Part shown: positions 10,602 through 21,447 of the stretch, piece by piece
Layout of the letters: the number at the start of each line of letters is the position of its first letter
Position numbering within the stretch: position 1 is the first letter of the stretch
From: Candidatus Saccharimonadia bacterium
GTDB lineage: Bacteria > Patescibacteriota > Saccharimonadia > UBA4664
Assembly (NCBI GenBank): GCA_035544015.1
Contig: DATKIP010000012.1
Span: 99,483 to 163,482, forward strand
Direction of reading: 5' to 3'
Length of the DNA: 64,000 bases
Notes under the pieces: model-generated
What the model was told of the DNA's origin: nothing
Seen by the model: only the letters and a program-made list of their open reading frames with translations
Databases searched by the model: none
Made by a program: the position numbers and the translations under genes

Positions 10602-12238
10602 TACACGCCTCCCCGTATCAGTTCATATACCCTACCCTCGTACGGCTCCAAAGCCAACTCCCCCGCATGTCCCGGCTGTCCATCGCCCTCCACCACCACC
10701 GTCCCCGCCACCCACGCTCCCACGCGCCCATGCAACATCGCCGTCGCCGGCTGCGCGTCAAAGTTAAGCATCACCAAAAACCGCTGTTGCTCCGTCTCAC
10801 GCACAAAGGCATAAACCCGCTCGTTGCCCGTCTCAATCGAACGATAATCACCCTCTACCAGAGCCGGTGATTGCGCCCGCAAATGAATTAAATGTCGATA
10901 TAAATTCAACGATGAATCCGGATCCCGCTCCTCTGTAGCCACATTGAGCTTGGATGAGGCCGGCCCCAGAGGCAACCATGGCGTACCCGTTGTAAATCCA
11001 CCACCAGTTTCATTATTCCACGGCAGAGGGGTGCGCTCGGGATCACGCCCAAGTCCCCGGCCCGGCACATTGCGCTCCCACGGATCGCGTACGTCTTCGG
11101 GCGTAACCGGCGTATCGGGCAAGCCCAGTTCCTCGCCGTAATACACCACCGGCAATCCTCGCAGTGTCAGTTGCAGCATCGCGAGCAACCGTGCGCGCCC
11201 CGCCCCCATCCGCGACACCAGTCTATGCCGATCGTGATTCCCCAGCACATAATTCGGCCAATCATCCGGCCCCAACGAACCCTCGTATTCATCAATAAAT
11301 TCCCGAAATACCTTCGCGCTCCAATCCAACGCCATCAGGTTAAAGTTAAACGGCGCGTGCACCGGATGCCGCTGACACGCCTCATACATCTTGTGGAGCC
11401 CCGGAATATTGAGGTACGCCTCACTGAGCAAAAACTTCGATTCCTTCTCGGCCAGCACGTCACAAAACGACCCAATCACACCGCCCAGCTCCGGCTGAGC
11501 CGCGCTATTCACCCGCAAAAACTCATCCGCCGGATCCGATACCCCCGGCTTATACGTGGGGTTCGGGAGATCATCCCGCAGCCGCACATCTTTGATCAGA
11601 CCCAAAGCCGCATCCGTCCGAAACCCGTCTACCCCTTTATCGAGCCAAAATCTCAATACAGCGAGCATCGCCTTGCGCACCTTTGGATTGTGCCAATTCA
11701 AATCCGGCTGTTCCTGCAAAAACGTGTGCAGGTAATACTGTCCGGTCGCTTCATCGAGCGTCCAGGCCGAACCCCCGAAGTAACTCAACCAGTTGTTGGG
11801 CGCACCCCCATCTTCTCCCGGCTTGGACCACACATACCAGTCGCGCTTAGGATTATCGCGGCTAGAACGCGACTGAATAAACCATCTATGCAGCACCGAA
11901 GTATGGTTCGGCACGTAATCCATCAGCAGCTTTATGCCCCGATGGTGCAGTTTTTTCAACAACTCTTCAAAATCAGCCATCGTCCCAAAACGTGGATCAA
12001 TCGCCTGGTGATCAGCCACGTCGTAGCCCCAATCAGCCATTGGCGACAGGTACACCGGCGACAACCACACCGCCGTCACCCCCAGCGAATCCGACTCGCC
12101 GTTGTTGAGATAATCCAAATGATCAATAATCCCCCGCAAATCACCATATCCATCACCATTAGAATCCGCAAAACTCAACGGATAAATATGATAGAGGGTA
12201 GCTCGGCGATACCAGGGGTCAGTCGGCGTAGGTTCCAT
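10601..12238 (-). CDS. GH13 alpha-glucosidase
   Basis: IYPLSFADSNGDGYGDLRGI, DYVPNHTS, QPDLNW, GVDGFRTDA, LGNHD, YYGEELG, RDPERTP. Confidence 0.93.
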   Translation of the reverse strand: MEPTPTDPWYRRATLYHIYPLSFADSNGDGYGDLRGIIDHLDYLNNGESDSLGVTAVWLSPVYLSPMADWGYDVADHQAIDPRFGTMADFEELLKKLHHRGIKLLMDYVPNHTSVLHRWFIQSRSSRDNPKRDWYVWSKPGEDGGAPNNWLSYFGGSAWTLDEATGQYYLHTFLQEQPDLNWHNPKVRKAMLAVLRFWLDKGVDGFRTDAALGLIKDVRLRDDLPNPTYKPGVSDPADEFLRVNSAAQPELGGVIGSFCDVLAEKESKFLLSEAYLNIPGLHKMYEACQRHPVHAPFNFNLMALDWSAKVFREFIDEYEGSLGPDDWPNYVLGNHDRHRLVSRMGAGRARLLAMLQLTLRGLPVVYYGEELGLPDTPVTPEDVRDPWERNVPGRGLGRDPERTPLPWNNETGGGFTTGTPWLPLGPASSKLNVATEERDPDSSLNLYRHLIHLRAQSPALVEGDYRSIETGNERVYAFVRETEQQRFLVMLNFDAQPATAMLHGRVGAWVAGTVVVEGDGQPGHAGELALEPYEGRVYELIRGGV

Positions 12239-12291
12239 GTGCGTATTCTAACAAACCGCAAGCATTTTGACTAAAATCGTTGGTAATATTA

Positions 12292-13644
12292 CTACAGTTG
12301 GCGCTTTGGCAGCGCTGTATCAATCTTCATTCCCACCTTGCGAAGTGTTCGCCGAGGATCCTTCACCAGCTGTCGCAGCGCCGACGGCGACTGCCCGGTA
12401 CTCTGAATGTGCGGCAGCTCATCGGGCGCCAAATAGCGCTGGCAAAAATACGCAAAGACCGCATTGGTCCAGCCAAAACCAGTTTGCGATGGGTACACCC
12501 CCTCCACCGGCTCACGCTCAATATGCACCACGTTATACTTCTCGAAAAACTCACTGTTGGCCTCAAACTGCACCAAGTTGGCATTAATCCACTTGCGCGC
12601 TACCCGCTCGGCCGCCACGTGATACCCATAACGCTCCATCGCCTGCACTGCGATCATCTGCAGCGGCGCCCAGCCGTTCGGATAGGCCCATTGCGTCGGA
12701 ATATCCGAGCGCACATGCGGCCGTTCCGCGCTCGTCGCCAGGCCACCGTCACATTCAAACCGCTCGAGCTGGTCCATAATCCGCCGCGCCGTCTCGTCGC
12801 TGTCCATACCCGCCCACATCGGATAAAACGCCGCCAGCGAGTACACCGGGCTATGTCGCGAGGTCATGTAATTGTAGTCAAAGTAAAAACCCTTGTCGTC
12901 GTCCCACAAATATCGCCGCATCATCGCCACCCGCGACAACTGCCGCTTCATCCACTCATGCGACTCCTCCTCGTATCCCAAAATTCTGGCCGCTTCGGCA
13001 AAATCACTCTCGTATTTGTACAACAGCGCATTCAGATCCACTGGCAAATACGACAACGCCCGCCGCTCAAACCGCGTCGTCATATCCCAGCCGCTCTCCG
13101 CCTCCGCCAGGTCGTCGAGGACATTGATGTCATAAAAGCGCGACAATCCGTGGAACACCTGCCGCCAGTTCGGCTGCGTCGTACCCATCCACACCGTCCG
13201 GTACTCGTGCTTGGCCACCGACATCGCCTGCTCCAGCCAGCGCTTGTCCTTCTCGATGTGATACGCCTCCATGATGAAGCTCGTCAAAAACGGTGGCTGC
13301 GACCGGCCGGTCATATAAAACCGCCCCGAGTTCGGAATCACCTGAAATCGCTGCATCAACGACAACAGGTTATCAACCATCCCCCGCACCCGGTATTCCC
13401 GCGGCGTCCCCATCAGACCCTGAGCTATGAAATAACTGTCCCAGTAGTACATTTCCTCGTACGCAAACCCAGTATCGTTGCGCGCACTGGGAATAAAATA
13501 AGGCTCTGGCAAACCAATAAGCGTCCCGTCATCCCGTGGATTATAACGCTCCAACTTTTTCCAATACCGGTCAATATACTCCAGCGCCGGCTGCAACCGG
13601 TCTTTGGAGAATCGCGGACCCAGTTTTTCGTGCGTGCTGCTCAT
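12292..13644 (-). CDS. GH37 alpha,alpha-trehalase, no signal peptide
   Basis: EMYYWDSYF, RSQPPF, AESGWD, PVDLNALLY, QWAYPNGWAPLQ, EKYNV, QTGFGWTN. Confidence 0.95.
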   Translation of the reverse strand: MSSTHEKLGPRFSKDRLQPALEYIDRYWKKLERYNPRDDGTLIGLPEPYFIPSARNDTGFAYEEMYYWDSYFIAQGLMGTPREYRVRGMVDNLLSLMQRFQVIPNSGRFYMTGRSQPPFLTSFIMEAYHIEKDKRWLEQAMSVAKHEYRTVWMGTTQPNWRQVFHGLSRFYDINVLDDLAEAESGWDMTTRFERRALSYLPVDLNALLYKYESDFAEAARILGYEEESHEWMKRQLSRVAMMRRYLWDDDKGFYFDYNYMTSRHSPVYSLAAFYPMWAGMDSDETARRIMDQLERFECDGGLATSAERPHVRSDIPTQWAYPNGWAPLQMIAVQAMERYGYHVAAERVARKWINANLVQFEANSEFFEKYNVVHIEREPVEGVYPSQTGFGWTNAVFAYFCQRYLAPDELPHIQSTGQSPSALRQLVKDPRRTLRKVGMKIDTALPKRQL

Positions 13645-13773
13645 GAGGCAAGGCTTCCAGGCGTAATTGTCTAAGATTCAAAAAGGCCCGGGGGTACTTC
13701 TGCGAACGGACCCACGGGGCGCATCTCTTTAACTCCAAACTACCCTTGCCGGGATAGAGTGTCAAGATAGGCT

Positions 13774-14835
13774 TTACGGCGCGCCAAAAATATTCTTCAC
13801 CCGCTCCGAAATCGCCGAAAAATCCCCGCCGATCGGCAACAAGTCGCTCCCGCCCGTCGGATCTCCGCGCAGATACCCGCCATTGGCCGTCGAGAGTACC
13901 AGATTCACCGGCTCGTTGGCCCCCGCCTCGCGTACACCATTGCCCAGCTGCAGCAGCTGCGCTATGCCCATGTTGGTCTCCACACCATGCTGCACCGCCG
14001 TCACGAGCTGCTTGAGCTTCGCGGGCTGCAATATCAAATGCCAATCCGTCACCTTGGGCCGCAGCAACCCCAGCACTTCTTGCTGCCGCGCCGCCCGGCC
14101 AAAATCATTGCCGCAGGTGCCCTTGCGGCAGCGCACGTACTGCAACACCGTGGTACCGTCCATATGCTGCGACCCCGGCTCAATATCCAAGCCACAAACT
14201 TTGTACTGGTCGTCATCACAGGGGTACTCCGTATCACGCAGCCGATCCTTCACATCCACATCCAAGCCGCCCACAGCGTCCACCACTTCCTTGAGGCCGG
14301 AGAAATTGGTCTTTACGTAGTAATCAATCGGAACATCAAATGTTTGGCTTACCGTATCCTCTGCCAAACTAACGCCCCCGTAGGCATTGGCGGTGTTAAT
14401 CTTGCCATACCCGTAGCCCTCGATGTTTACGCGCAAATCGCGCGGAATACTGATCTCTGCCAGCCGATGCGCCGTCCCATCAAGGCTCAGGACCATCATC
14501 GTATCCGACAAATTCTGACCCGCATGCCCCGGATCACCCACCCCCATCACCAAAATATTAGTACGACCGCTCGCGTCGGCGGCCAGCGGTCCCAATTGCC
14601 AAGAGTTCGTTGAAATTTTTGCAACAATATTGACGATATACACGGCGTACACCACCACACCCGCCAGCACGGCCAACACGATGAACCAAAACATCCGCCA
14701 CAGCACCGCTCGCGCCCGGCGCGGCGGCCGAGGACGAGCCATCGGCCGCGCCGGCGCAGTCGTAGGAGCAGCCGGCGAAGGCTGCCCGTCCGCAGGCTTA
14801 AATTGTGCTAAATCGCGTTCGGGATCAGTGTCCAT
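13774..14835 (-). CDS. LytR-CpsA-Psr (LCP) family protein
   Basis: TM helix then NILVMGVG, SDTMMV, SIPRDL, KINTA, VDAVGG, DFGRAARQQ. Confidence 0.93.
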   Translation of the reverse strand: MDTDPERDLAQFKPADGQPSPAAPTTAPARPMARPRPPRRARAVLWRMFWFIVLAVLAGVVVYAVYIVNIVAKISTNSWQLGPLAADASGRTNILVMGVGDPGHAGQNLSDTMMVLSLDGTAHRLAEISIPRDLRVNIEGYGYGKINTANAYGGVSLAEDTVSQTFDVPIDYYVKTNFSGLKEVVDAVGGLDVDVKDRLRDTEYPCDDDQYKVCGLDIEPGSQHMDGTTVLQYVRCRKGTCGNDFGRAARQQEVLGLLRPKVTDWHLILQPAKLKQLVTAVQHGVETNMGIAQLLQLGNGVREAGANEPVNLVLSTANGGYLRGDPTGGSDLLPIGGDFSAISERVKNIFGAP

Positions 14836-14860
14836 TCACGCTCCTTGCTTGGCCAATCGG

Positions 14861-16342
<1,482 letters not shown>

Positions 16343-16531
16343 TCACCTACCTTCGTTATGATAAACAACTCCATCCCGGGGCGAGATTTCAATTATGCTA
16401 CCAGATTTACCCTCAAATCGCCACCCCGCAGCCAAAAATACTCGCCCTCGTCCCCCTGAATCAATTTTTTGCTCTCACACAATAACACCCCCACGGGCAG
16501 ATGTTACTGCCACCCGTAAGGGTGATTTCGA

Positions 16532-16894
16532 CTACCGACCGCGGCTCGCCTGAAGCTCGATCCGCTCCAGCAGGTCCTCGGCGTACACGAGCGTGTCATC
16601 GGGCAAATCTGCCTGTCGGCGCCGCAGTCGCGACAACCGCACCGACAAACCGCGCGTCGAAATCCCAGCGTCCCGCTGAAGTTTCGCGAGCACCCGCCGC
16701 AGCTCCTCCACCTCCGGAGCCGTACTCCCTCGGCTCGCCGCGTTGAACCGCCGTGTCAGCTCCGCGAGCTGATCCAGATCACCATCCGTCAGCTCCTCGG
16801 CGCCGCCGCTGCGATACCGCCGCACCGCCAGCGCCGCAGCCGCAGCCAACACCGACAAACCGATCCCGGCCGCAGCCACCTTCTTGCGAGTCAT
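16532..16894 (-). CDS. Hypothetical protein with N-terminal hydrophobic anchor
   Basis: ORF with GGGGAG SD-like element, a TM segment and a downstream hairpin. Confidence 0.6.
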   Translation of the reverse strand: MTRKKVAAAGIGLSVLAAAAALAVRRYRSGGAEELTDGDLDQLAELTRRFNAASRGSTAPEVEELRRVLAKLQRDAGISTRGLSVRLSRLRRRQADLPDDTLVYAEDLLERIELQASRGR

Positions 16895-16935
16895 GATCTT
16901 CTCCCCTCGGGCCACTAGATCACCCCATACCCAGA

Positions 16936-17472
16936 TTATACTCTTACCATAGCTGCCAATTTTTCTCGATAGTCGCGCTGAATAAACCGGCCCGGGTAAT
17001 CCAGCAGCGCCTCATTAAGCACCACAAATCCCGCCGCCCGCAACGGCCCCGCCAGCATGTCGTACACGTTCGATTTGATCAAAATCAACTTCGTTTCCGC
17101 CGTCGCCAGCTCCCTCACGCGCGCGATCACCGCGTCGGCCCGCTCCGCCAGCAGCCGCCGCCGCTCCGGCTTGGTCACCTCGTGCTCCAGTGACGTCTCG
17201 AGCGCCTCAATCATATAAAACCCCGCGTCCCGAAACCGCCCCAGCCACGCCGCCTTAGCCGCCTCCAGGTCACCCGCCGGCGCGTCCGCTGCCTCCGCAA
17301 ACACCGCCCGCATCGTATTAGCATAGAGCCGGTCATCGGGCTTCTGATACTCGGCCCGGTAAAACTGCCGGCTGCTTGCCACCCCCGCAGCCGGCGGCGG
17401 CGACTCCGCAATTAGCAAATACCGCACCACTGGCGGCCGATATCGGCGTCGAATCTGCTCGTATTCCGTCAT
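16936..17472 (-). CDS. Hypothetical protein, possibly uracil-DNA-glycosylase-like fold
   Basis: RYRP..YLLIAESPP resembles the UDG motif-A region; coupled to upstream vapC. Confidence 0.45.
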   Translation of the reverse strand: MTEYEQIRRRYRPPVVRYLLIAESPPPAAGVASSRQFYRAEYQKPDDRLYANTMRAVFAEAADAPAGDLEAAKAAWLGRFRDAGFYMIEALETSLEHEVTKPERRRLLAERADAVIARVRELATAETKLILIKSNVYDMLAGPLRAAGFVVLNEALLDYPGRFIQRDYREKLAAMVRV

Positions 17473-17473
17473 A

Positions 17474-17857
17474 TCACACCCGCGCGTCCAAACAAGCATC
17501 AGGATGCGCGCTCAGCAGCACGGCGTCAGAAGTCAAAAGTATCAACTGCTCCTGGCCGGCCTGAACCAACAATAGGCGATCAAACGGATCACCATGGGGC
17601 AACTCCACCCCACCGACCCCATCCACATGCTCCCAGGCAACCGGCAGCTCCTTGAATCCGGTAGCTGCCAACGCAGCCAAAAATCCCTTCGGCAAGGTCA
17701 ATTTACCTTTCGCCGCCTTGATCCGCACTTCCCAAACGCTCGCGGCCGACACGTAGGTAGCCTCGGCCTGCTTGAGCGACATCCGCGCACCCACACCCAG
17801 CAAAGGCGAATCCAATACGGCCCACAACACCGCATTCGTATCGAGCAGTAGCCTCAC
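17474..17857 (-). CDS. PIN-domain VapC toxin
   Basis: LLLDTNA, VSAASVWEV, HGDPFDRLL, LTSD. Confidence 0.93.
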   Translation of the reverse strand: MRLLLDTNAVLWAVLDSPLLGVGARMSLKQAEATYVSAASVWEVRIKAAKGKLTLPKGFLAALAATGFKELPVAWEHVDGVGGVELPHGDPFDRLLLVQAGQEQLILLTSDAVLLSAHPDACLDARV

Positions 17858-18090
17858 GCCTCACCCTCAAACATCCGGATAAGCTCCTCATCCGGCTCGT
17901 CAAAATTATCCGACACCGAAAATTTTCCCTTCAACAAGCCAAAGACAATTTTCGGCTTGTCCGATTCAAACGGTACCAAGCGCGCAATCGGCTGCCCATA
18001 TTTCCCGATCACCACCTCTTTGCCCTCCGCCGCCTCCTGCAAATATTTCGACAGCTGCGTCTTGGCCTCATGTATGTTCACGACTTTCAT
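17854..18090 (-). CDS. Phd/YefM family antitoxin
   Basis: VNIHEAKTQLS..EVVI..PIARLVP; overlaps the toxin start. Confidence 0.93.
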   Translation of the reverse strand: MKVVNIHEAKTQLSKYLQEAAEGKEVVIGKYGQPIARLVPFESDKPKIVFGLLKGKFSVSDNFDEPDEELIRMFEGEA

Positions 18091-18107
18091 TGCTCGCACC
18101 CAAGTAA

Positions 18108-18124
18108 ACTAGACTTAGTCTAGT
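18108..18124. promoter_or_regulatory. Palindromic operator of the phd-vapC operon
   Basis: ACTAGACT-T-AGTCTAGT inverted repeat just upstream of the antitoxin. Confidence 0.7.
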
Positions 18125-18150
18125 CTCATGACGCAGATTTTTCAAGCTCA

Positions 18151-18300
18151 TTACGGCAAAATAACTTCACTCCGCACATCCACATAGGTCCCGCTTACCT
18201 CCCCCGCATCGTAGACCGGCGTATTCCAAAGCTCGCCCTCTTTCGAAGCAGTCGCTACCGTGAGGTAGATTACCCGCTCAATGATCTCCTTCGCCGTCAC
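18151..18300 (-). pseudogene. Internally deleted pyridoxamine 5'-phosphate oxidase-like gene (49 aa)
   Basis: VTAKEIIERVIYLTVATASKEGELWNTPVY is a PNPOx-like N-terminus joined directly to DAGEVSGTYVDVRSEVILP*. Confidence 0.6.
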
Positions 18301-18767
18301 CACGCCCCCCGATACTTATCAGTCTGCATCAACCGCTCGATCTCAGCCCGAAGCTCACGCACATCACCCTCATCCAGCGGCTCAAAGCCATCATAAAAAC
18401 CAGTCTCAAGATGCGGCAGGCTTACCGCGTCACCATACTTCTGCTTCACCGCATCCCTGGCCCGGCCAAAAAGCTGCATGTGCAGGGTCGGACCCTCCGG
18501 CTTAAACACCATCCAATTACCCATATCCTGGTAATTGATCAGGCCAACATCAATCCCCCGCCGCCCCAAAGCCAGCTTCATAGCCTCGCCCGCCACCATA
18601 GACAGCTTCACGTATTCCACCGCCAGTTCAGGAGAAAGCTTCGTCCGGTCAGATACCGGCACCTTCGGCCTAATTTGAATATGACCACCCTCCCGCCGAT
18701 CCACATACACGTGCGAAAACTCCGCAGACTTGATGATAAAATTCGGGGTTTCGTAGATTAACGCCAT
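18297..18767 (-). CDS. HIT-like protein with degenerate histidine triad
   Basis: LIYET..VDRREGGHI..INYQDMGNW..LHMQLFGR. Confidence 0.7.
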   Translation of the reverse strand: MALIYETPNFIIKSAEFSHVYVDRREGGHIQIRPKVPVSDRTKLSPELAVEYVKLSMVAGEAMKLALGRRGIDVGLINYQDMGNWMVFKPEGPTLHMQLFGRARDAVKQKYGDAVSLPHLETGFYDGFEPLDEGDVRELRAEIERLMQTDKYRGAW

Positions 18768-18844
18768 GAAACCAGTGTAGCAAATCGAACCCCCGCCCAA
18801 CCCGGCTTGACACACGCATACGTTAACCATACAATGTATGTATT

Positions 18845-19120
18845 ATGAATACCGTATTGCTCAGCATCAAAATCGACTCCGAGACGAAAGAGCAGCTCAA
18901 GTCTTTCGCCGCAGAGCTTGGCGTATCGAGCACGGCCCTCGTAAACATGGTCGTCAAACAGGCGATCCGTGACCGCCGCGTCGTGCTTAGCGCCCCGCTA
19001 GAGCCTACCCCCTACCTCGAAAAGATCATGCGCGAAGCTAACGCCGACATAAAAGCCGGTCGAAACATGGTGGGGCCGTTTAGCAGCGCCGAGGATATGA
19101 TCGCATCGCTTGAGAGCTAA
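18845..19120 (+). CDS. RelB/DinJ family antitoxin
   Basis: RHH-type N-terminus IKIDSETK..ELGVS; C-terminal GPFSSAEDMIASL. Confidence 0.85.
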   Translation: MNTVLLSIKIDSETKEQLKSFAAELGVSSTALVNMVVKQAIRDRRVVLSAPLEPTPYLEKIMREANADIKAGRNMVGPFSSAEDMIASLES

Positions 19121-19122
19121 TT

Positions 19123-19247
19123 TTGACCGTAAACTACCGCCCGAATCAATATCGTTTGGCGGCGACTGGCGAGCACACTACAAAGCTATAAACGAAACTG
19201 AGGCAACTTTCGTTGCAGTCGGCACGCACTCACAGCTCTACAAATAG
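19123..19247 (+). pseudogene. YafQ/RelE-type toxin remnant
   Basis: TTG-start MTVNY in one frame and SISFGGDWRAHY..VAVGTHSQLYK* in another; only 125 bp remain. Confidence 0.75.
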
Positions 19248-19338
19248 GTCCGCAAAAAGCGCCAACCATCCCCCTGATACGTCAAGCTCACGCACCAAAA
19301 ATCGCTCCAACGAATAAACAAGCTGCTAGAATATCGTT

Positions 19339-20163
19339 ATGCAAAAGAACCCCGTAGTCAGCTACTACCACACGTTTGAGTCAAGGCTTGGATACAGATT
19401 ATTGGGTGGGGTCAAACACTTTGGCTACTACCCAATAGGCCAAGAAGACCTCCCGACCCTCAAAGCGCAAGAGCTTATGGACGAGCCATTAGCTCAAACA
19501 CTGGCGTTGTCTGACGGAGCAAAGGTGCTTGATGCTGGCTGCGAAGAGGGTGGTGTAGCCCTCTATCTAGCAAAGCACCATCACCTAAATGTAACCGGCA
19601 TTGATTTGCTCGACTTCAACATAGCCAGGGCAAGGAAGCGGGCGGCTAAAGACGAGCTGGAAACCAAAGTCGAGTTTCTTAAAGCCGATTATTCAAATAC
19701 CACCCTACCCGATTCCTCATTTGACGCCATCTATACAATGGAAACCCTCGTACACTCCCCCGATTACACCAAAACCCTTAAGGAGTTTCATCGCTTACTA
19801 AAACCCGGCGGCAAACTAGTGCACTTCGAGTACTCGATGGCAGACAAAATGCCTCAGGATGCCAAGCAAGCACTAACACGGGTTAATAAATTAGCAGCCA
19901 TGCCAGCTTTTGACCAATTCACTCACGGAACGCTTGAAAGCGCCTTGGCAAAAGAGGGCTTCAAAGAAGTAGAATCACGCGACATCACAGAGCGCATGTT
20001 GCCGTTACTGCAAAAGTTCGAAAGAAAGGCCCGACTCCCCTACCAAATCGCCCGATGGCTTAAGCAAGAAAACCATTTTGCAAATGCAATGTCTGCGGTT
20101 GAGATTTACAGACACATTAAGTATTTCAGATACAACATTATCTCAGCAGTCTTACCAAAATAG
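19339..20163 (+). CDS. Class I SAM-dependent methyltransferase (sterol/tocopherol MT-like)
   Basis: HFGYY, VLDAGCEEGG, VTGIDL, FDAIYTMETLVH, LKPGG. Confidence 0.85.
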   Translation: MQKNPVVSYYHTFESRLGYRLLGGVKHFGYYPIGQEDLPTLKAQELMDEPLAQTLALSDGAKVLDAGCEEGGVALYLAKHHHLNVTGIDLLDFNIARARKRAAKDELETKVEFLKADYSNTTLPDSSFDAIYTMETLVHSPDYTKTLKEFHRLLKPGGKLVHFEYSMADKMPQDAKQALTRVNKLAAMPAFDQFTHGTLESALAKEGFKEVESRDITERMLPLLQKFERKARLPYQIARWLKQENHFANAMSAVEIYRHIKYFRYNIISAVLPK

Positions 20164-20231
20164 CGACGTTATTGGCCCTAACAAGCTATTCATCAAACAA
20201 AAAAGCACCTGATTTGAGGTCAGATGCCCTT

Positions 20232-20250
20232 TTGGTGGAGCTGCGGGGAA
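20232..20250 (-). repeat. 19-bp duplicate of the tmRNA 3' end (att-like site)
   Basis: TTGGTGGAGCTGCGGGGAA identical to 21069-21087. Confidence 0.9.
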
Positions 20251-20390
20251 AATCTTGGCACTTGATCATGGAGATGCCGCAGCGTGGCGGTACGCACTGG
20301 GGCCGAAGTTTGAACGATTCAAGTTCACCCACCAAAGATTGCTGTGATAAAAACAGCGAATATTGAGGAATATGCTGCCAAATCTAGTCC

Positions 20391-21007
20391 CTAAGCGACA
20401 AGAAGTCTGGCTGCCTTCTCTATGGAAGCATGGAAGTTACCCGACTCTATCTCAATAACCGGAAAGCCATATTTTCGCGCCTCGTCTGCGTAGAACTTGT
20501 TCCATAGCTGATTGAATGAGGCATAGAGTCGAATTGTTTCTTCATCATATTTGCGAAGCCAGTCATTTGGATTTTTACGAGCATGAGCAAGAATATCTTC
20601 AGTCTGATCAGCAAGGTTAGCAATAAACACCGACTTAAACTCAAAATCTACCTTGGAGAGCTGCTCTGGCAGTATGGCAACCCCTTCTACAATCGCATCC
20701 TTTCCGTCGCGCTGATAATAACCAACGAAATCGAGTACCGACTTCCAGGTTTCTTCGGCTTCTCCCAGCTCATGACCTAGTGCGGCCTGCGGATTATTCT
20801 TTAAGGCGTCGATGTGCTTTTCTGAGCCAAATGCACCACGCTGCACTTTATGAAGATGGGATTTATTTCAGGTGTTGATACGCCTCTCGCAACGGCCCTA
20901 ATTGCATCCGTTGATGCAGCGAGCATTGGCCTCTCTCTCAAGAGAGCATGGATAATCGTAGTCTTGCCCGTTCGGGGAGCACCGCCAATAAAATAAATCT
21001 GTGACAT
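20391..21007 (-). pseudogene. Frameshifted P-loop kinase (2-phosphoglycerate kinase-like)
   Basis: GGAPRTGKT and STDAIR in one frame, AIVEGVAILP in the next; adding one C in the C-run near 20858 restores INPHLHKVQRGAF. Confidence 0.75.
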
Positions 21008-21069
21008 GCCTTAACAATAACAGATTACAAAAAGAGCCAAGAAACTTGACTCTTTAAGCATAAGAACAT

Positions 21070-21447
21070 TGGTGGAGCTGCGGGGAATCGCACCCCGGTC
21101 CGTCGGGTTACTCGCTCGCGATCTACAGGCTTAGTTTGCTTACATGTCTTAGCCCTCCACCTGTGAGCAAACCAAACGGTGGCGGGAGCAGCTTCAAAGC
21201 TTAGCTGAGGGGCAGAAGCCCAACCCTCAGAGCGTCCCGATGATTTGATACCGGCGAACCCCTACCGGGAATCAGGTGCCGATAGCTTACGTTATTAGGC
21301 GTAAGCGGGGGCGAATGAAGGAGCCTGGAAGGCAGCCTTCACCCGCGCGAAAAAGTTGGCAGTTAAGCTAACTTGTGGAAGCTAACGTTTGCCTACGACC
21401 TGCGCGCATAGCTTGTAAAAGTCCCAACGTCGAGCCTGATCAGCCCC
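21070..21447 (-). ncRNA. ssrA: tmRNA
   Basis: 5' GGGGCTGATCAGGCTCGAC, 3' CAGCTCCACCA with G3.U pair; tag (A)ANFFARVKAAFQAPSFAPAYA followed by TAA TAA. Confidence 0.96.

Noticed and set aside
12280-13674. Long antisense ORFs (also 49824-51128, 44327-45361, 11171-12274)
   Set aside because: Shadows of well-supported genes on the other strand, caused by GC content and skew; the translations are R/H/P-rich and motif-free
13690-13715. Glutamine riboswitch suggested by CGTTC and GAAGTA words
   Set aside because: The words are too close together and the required stems are missing
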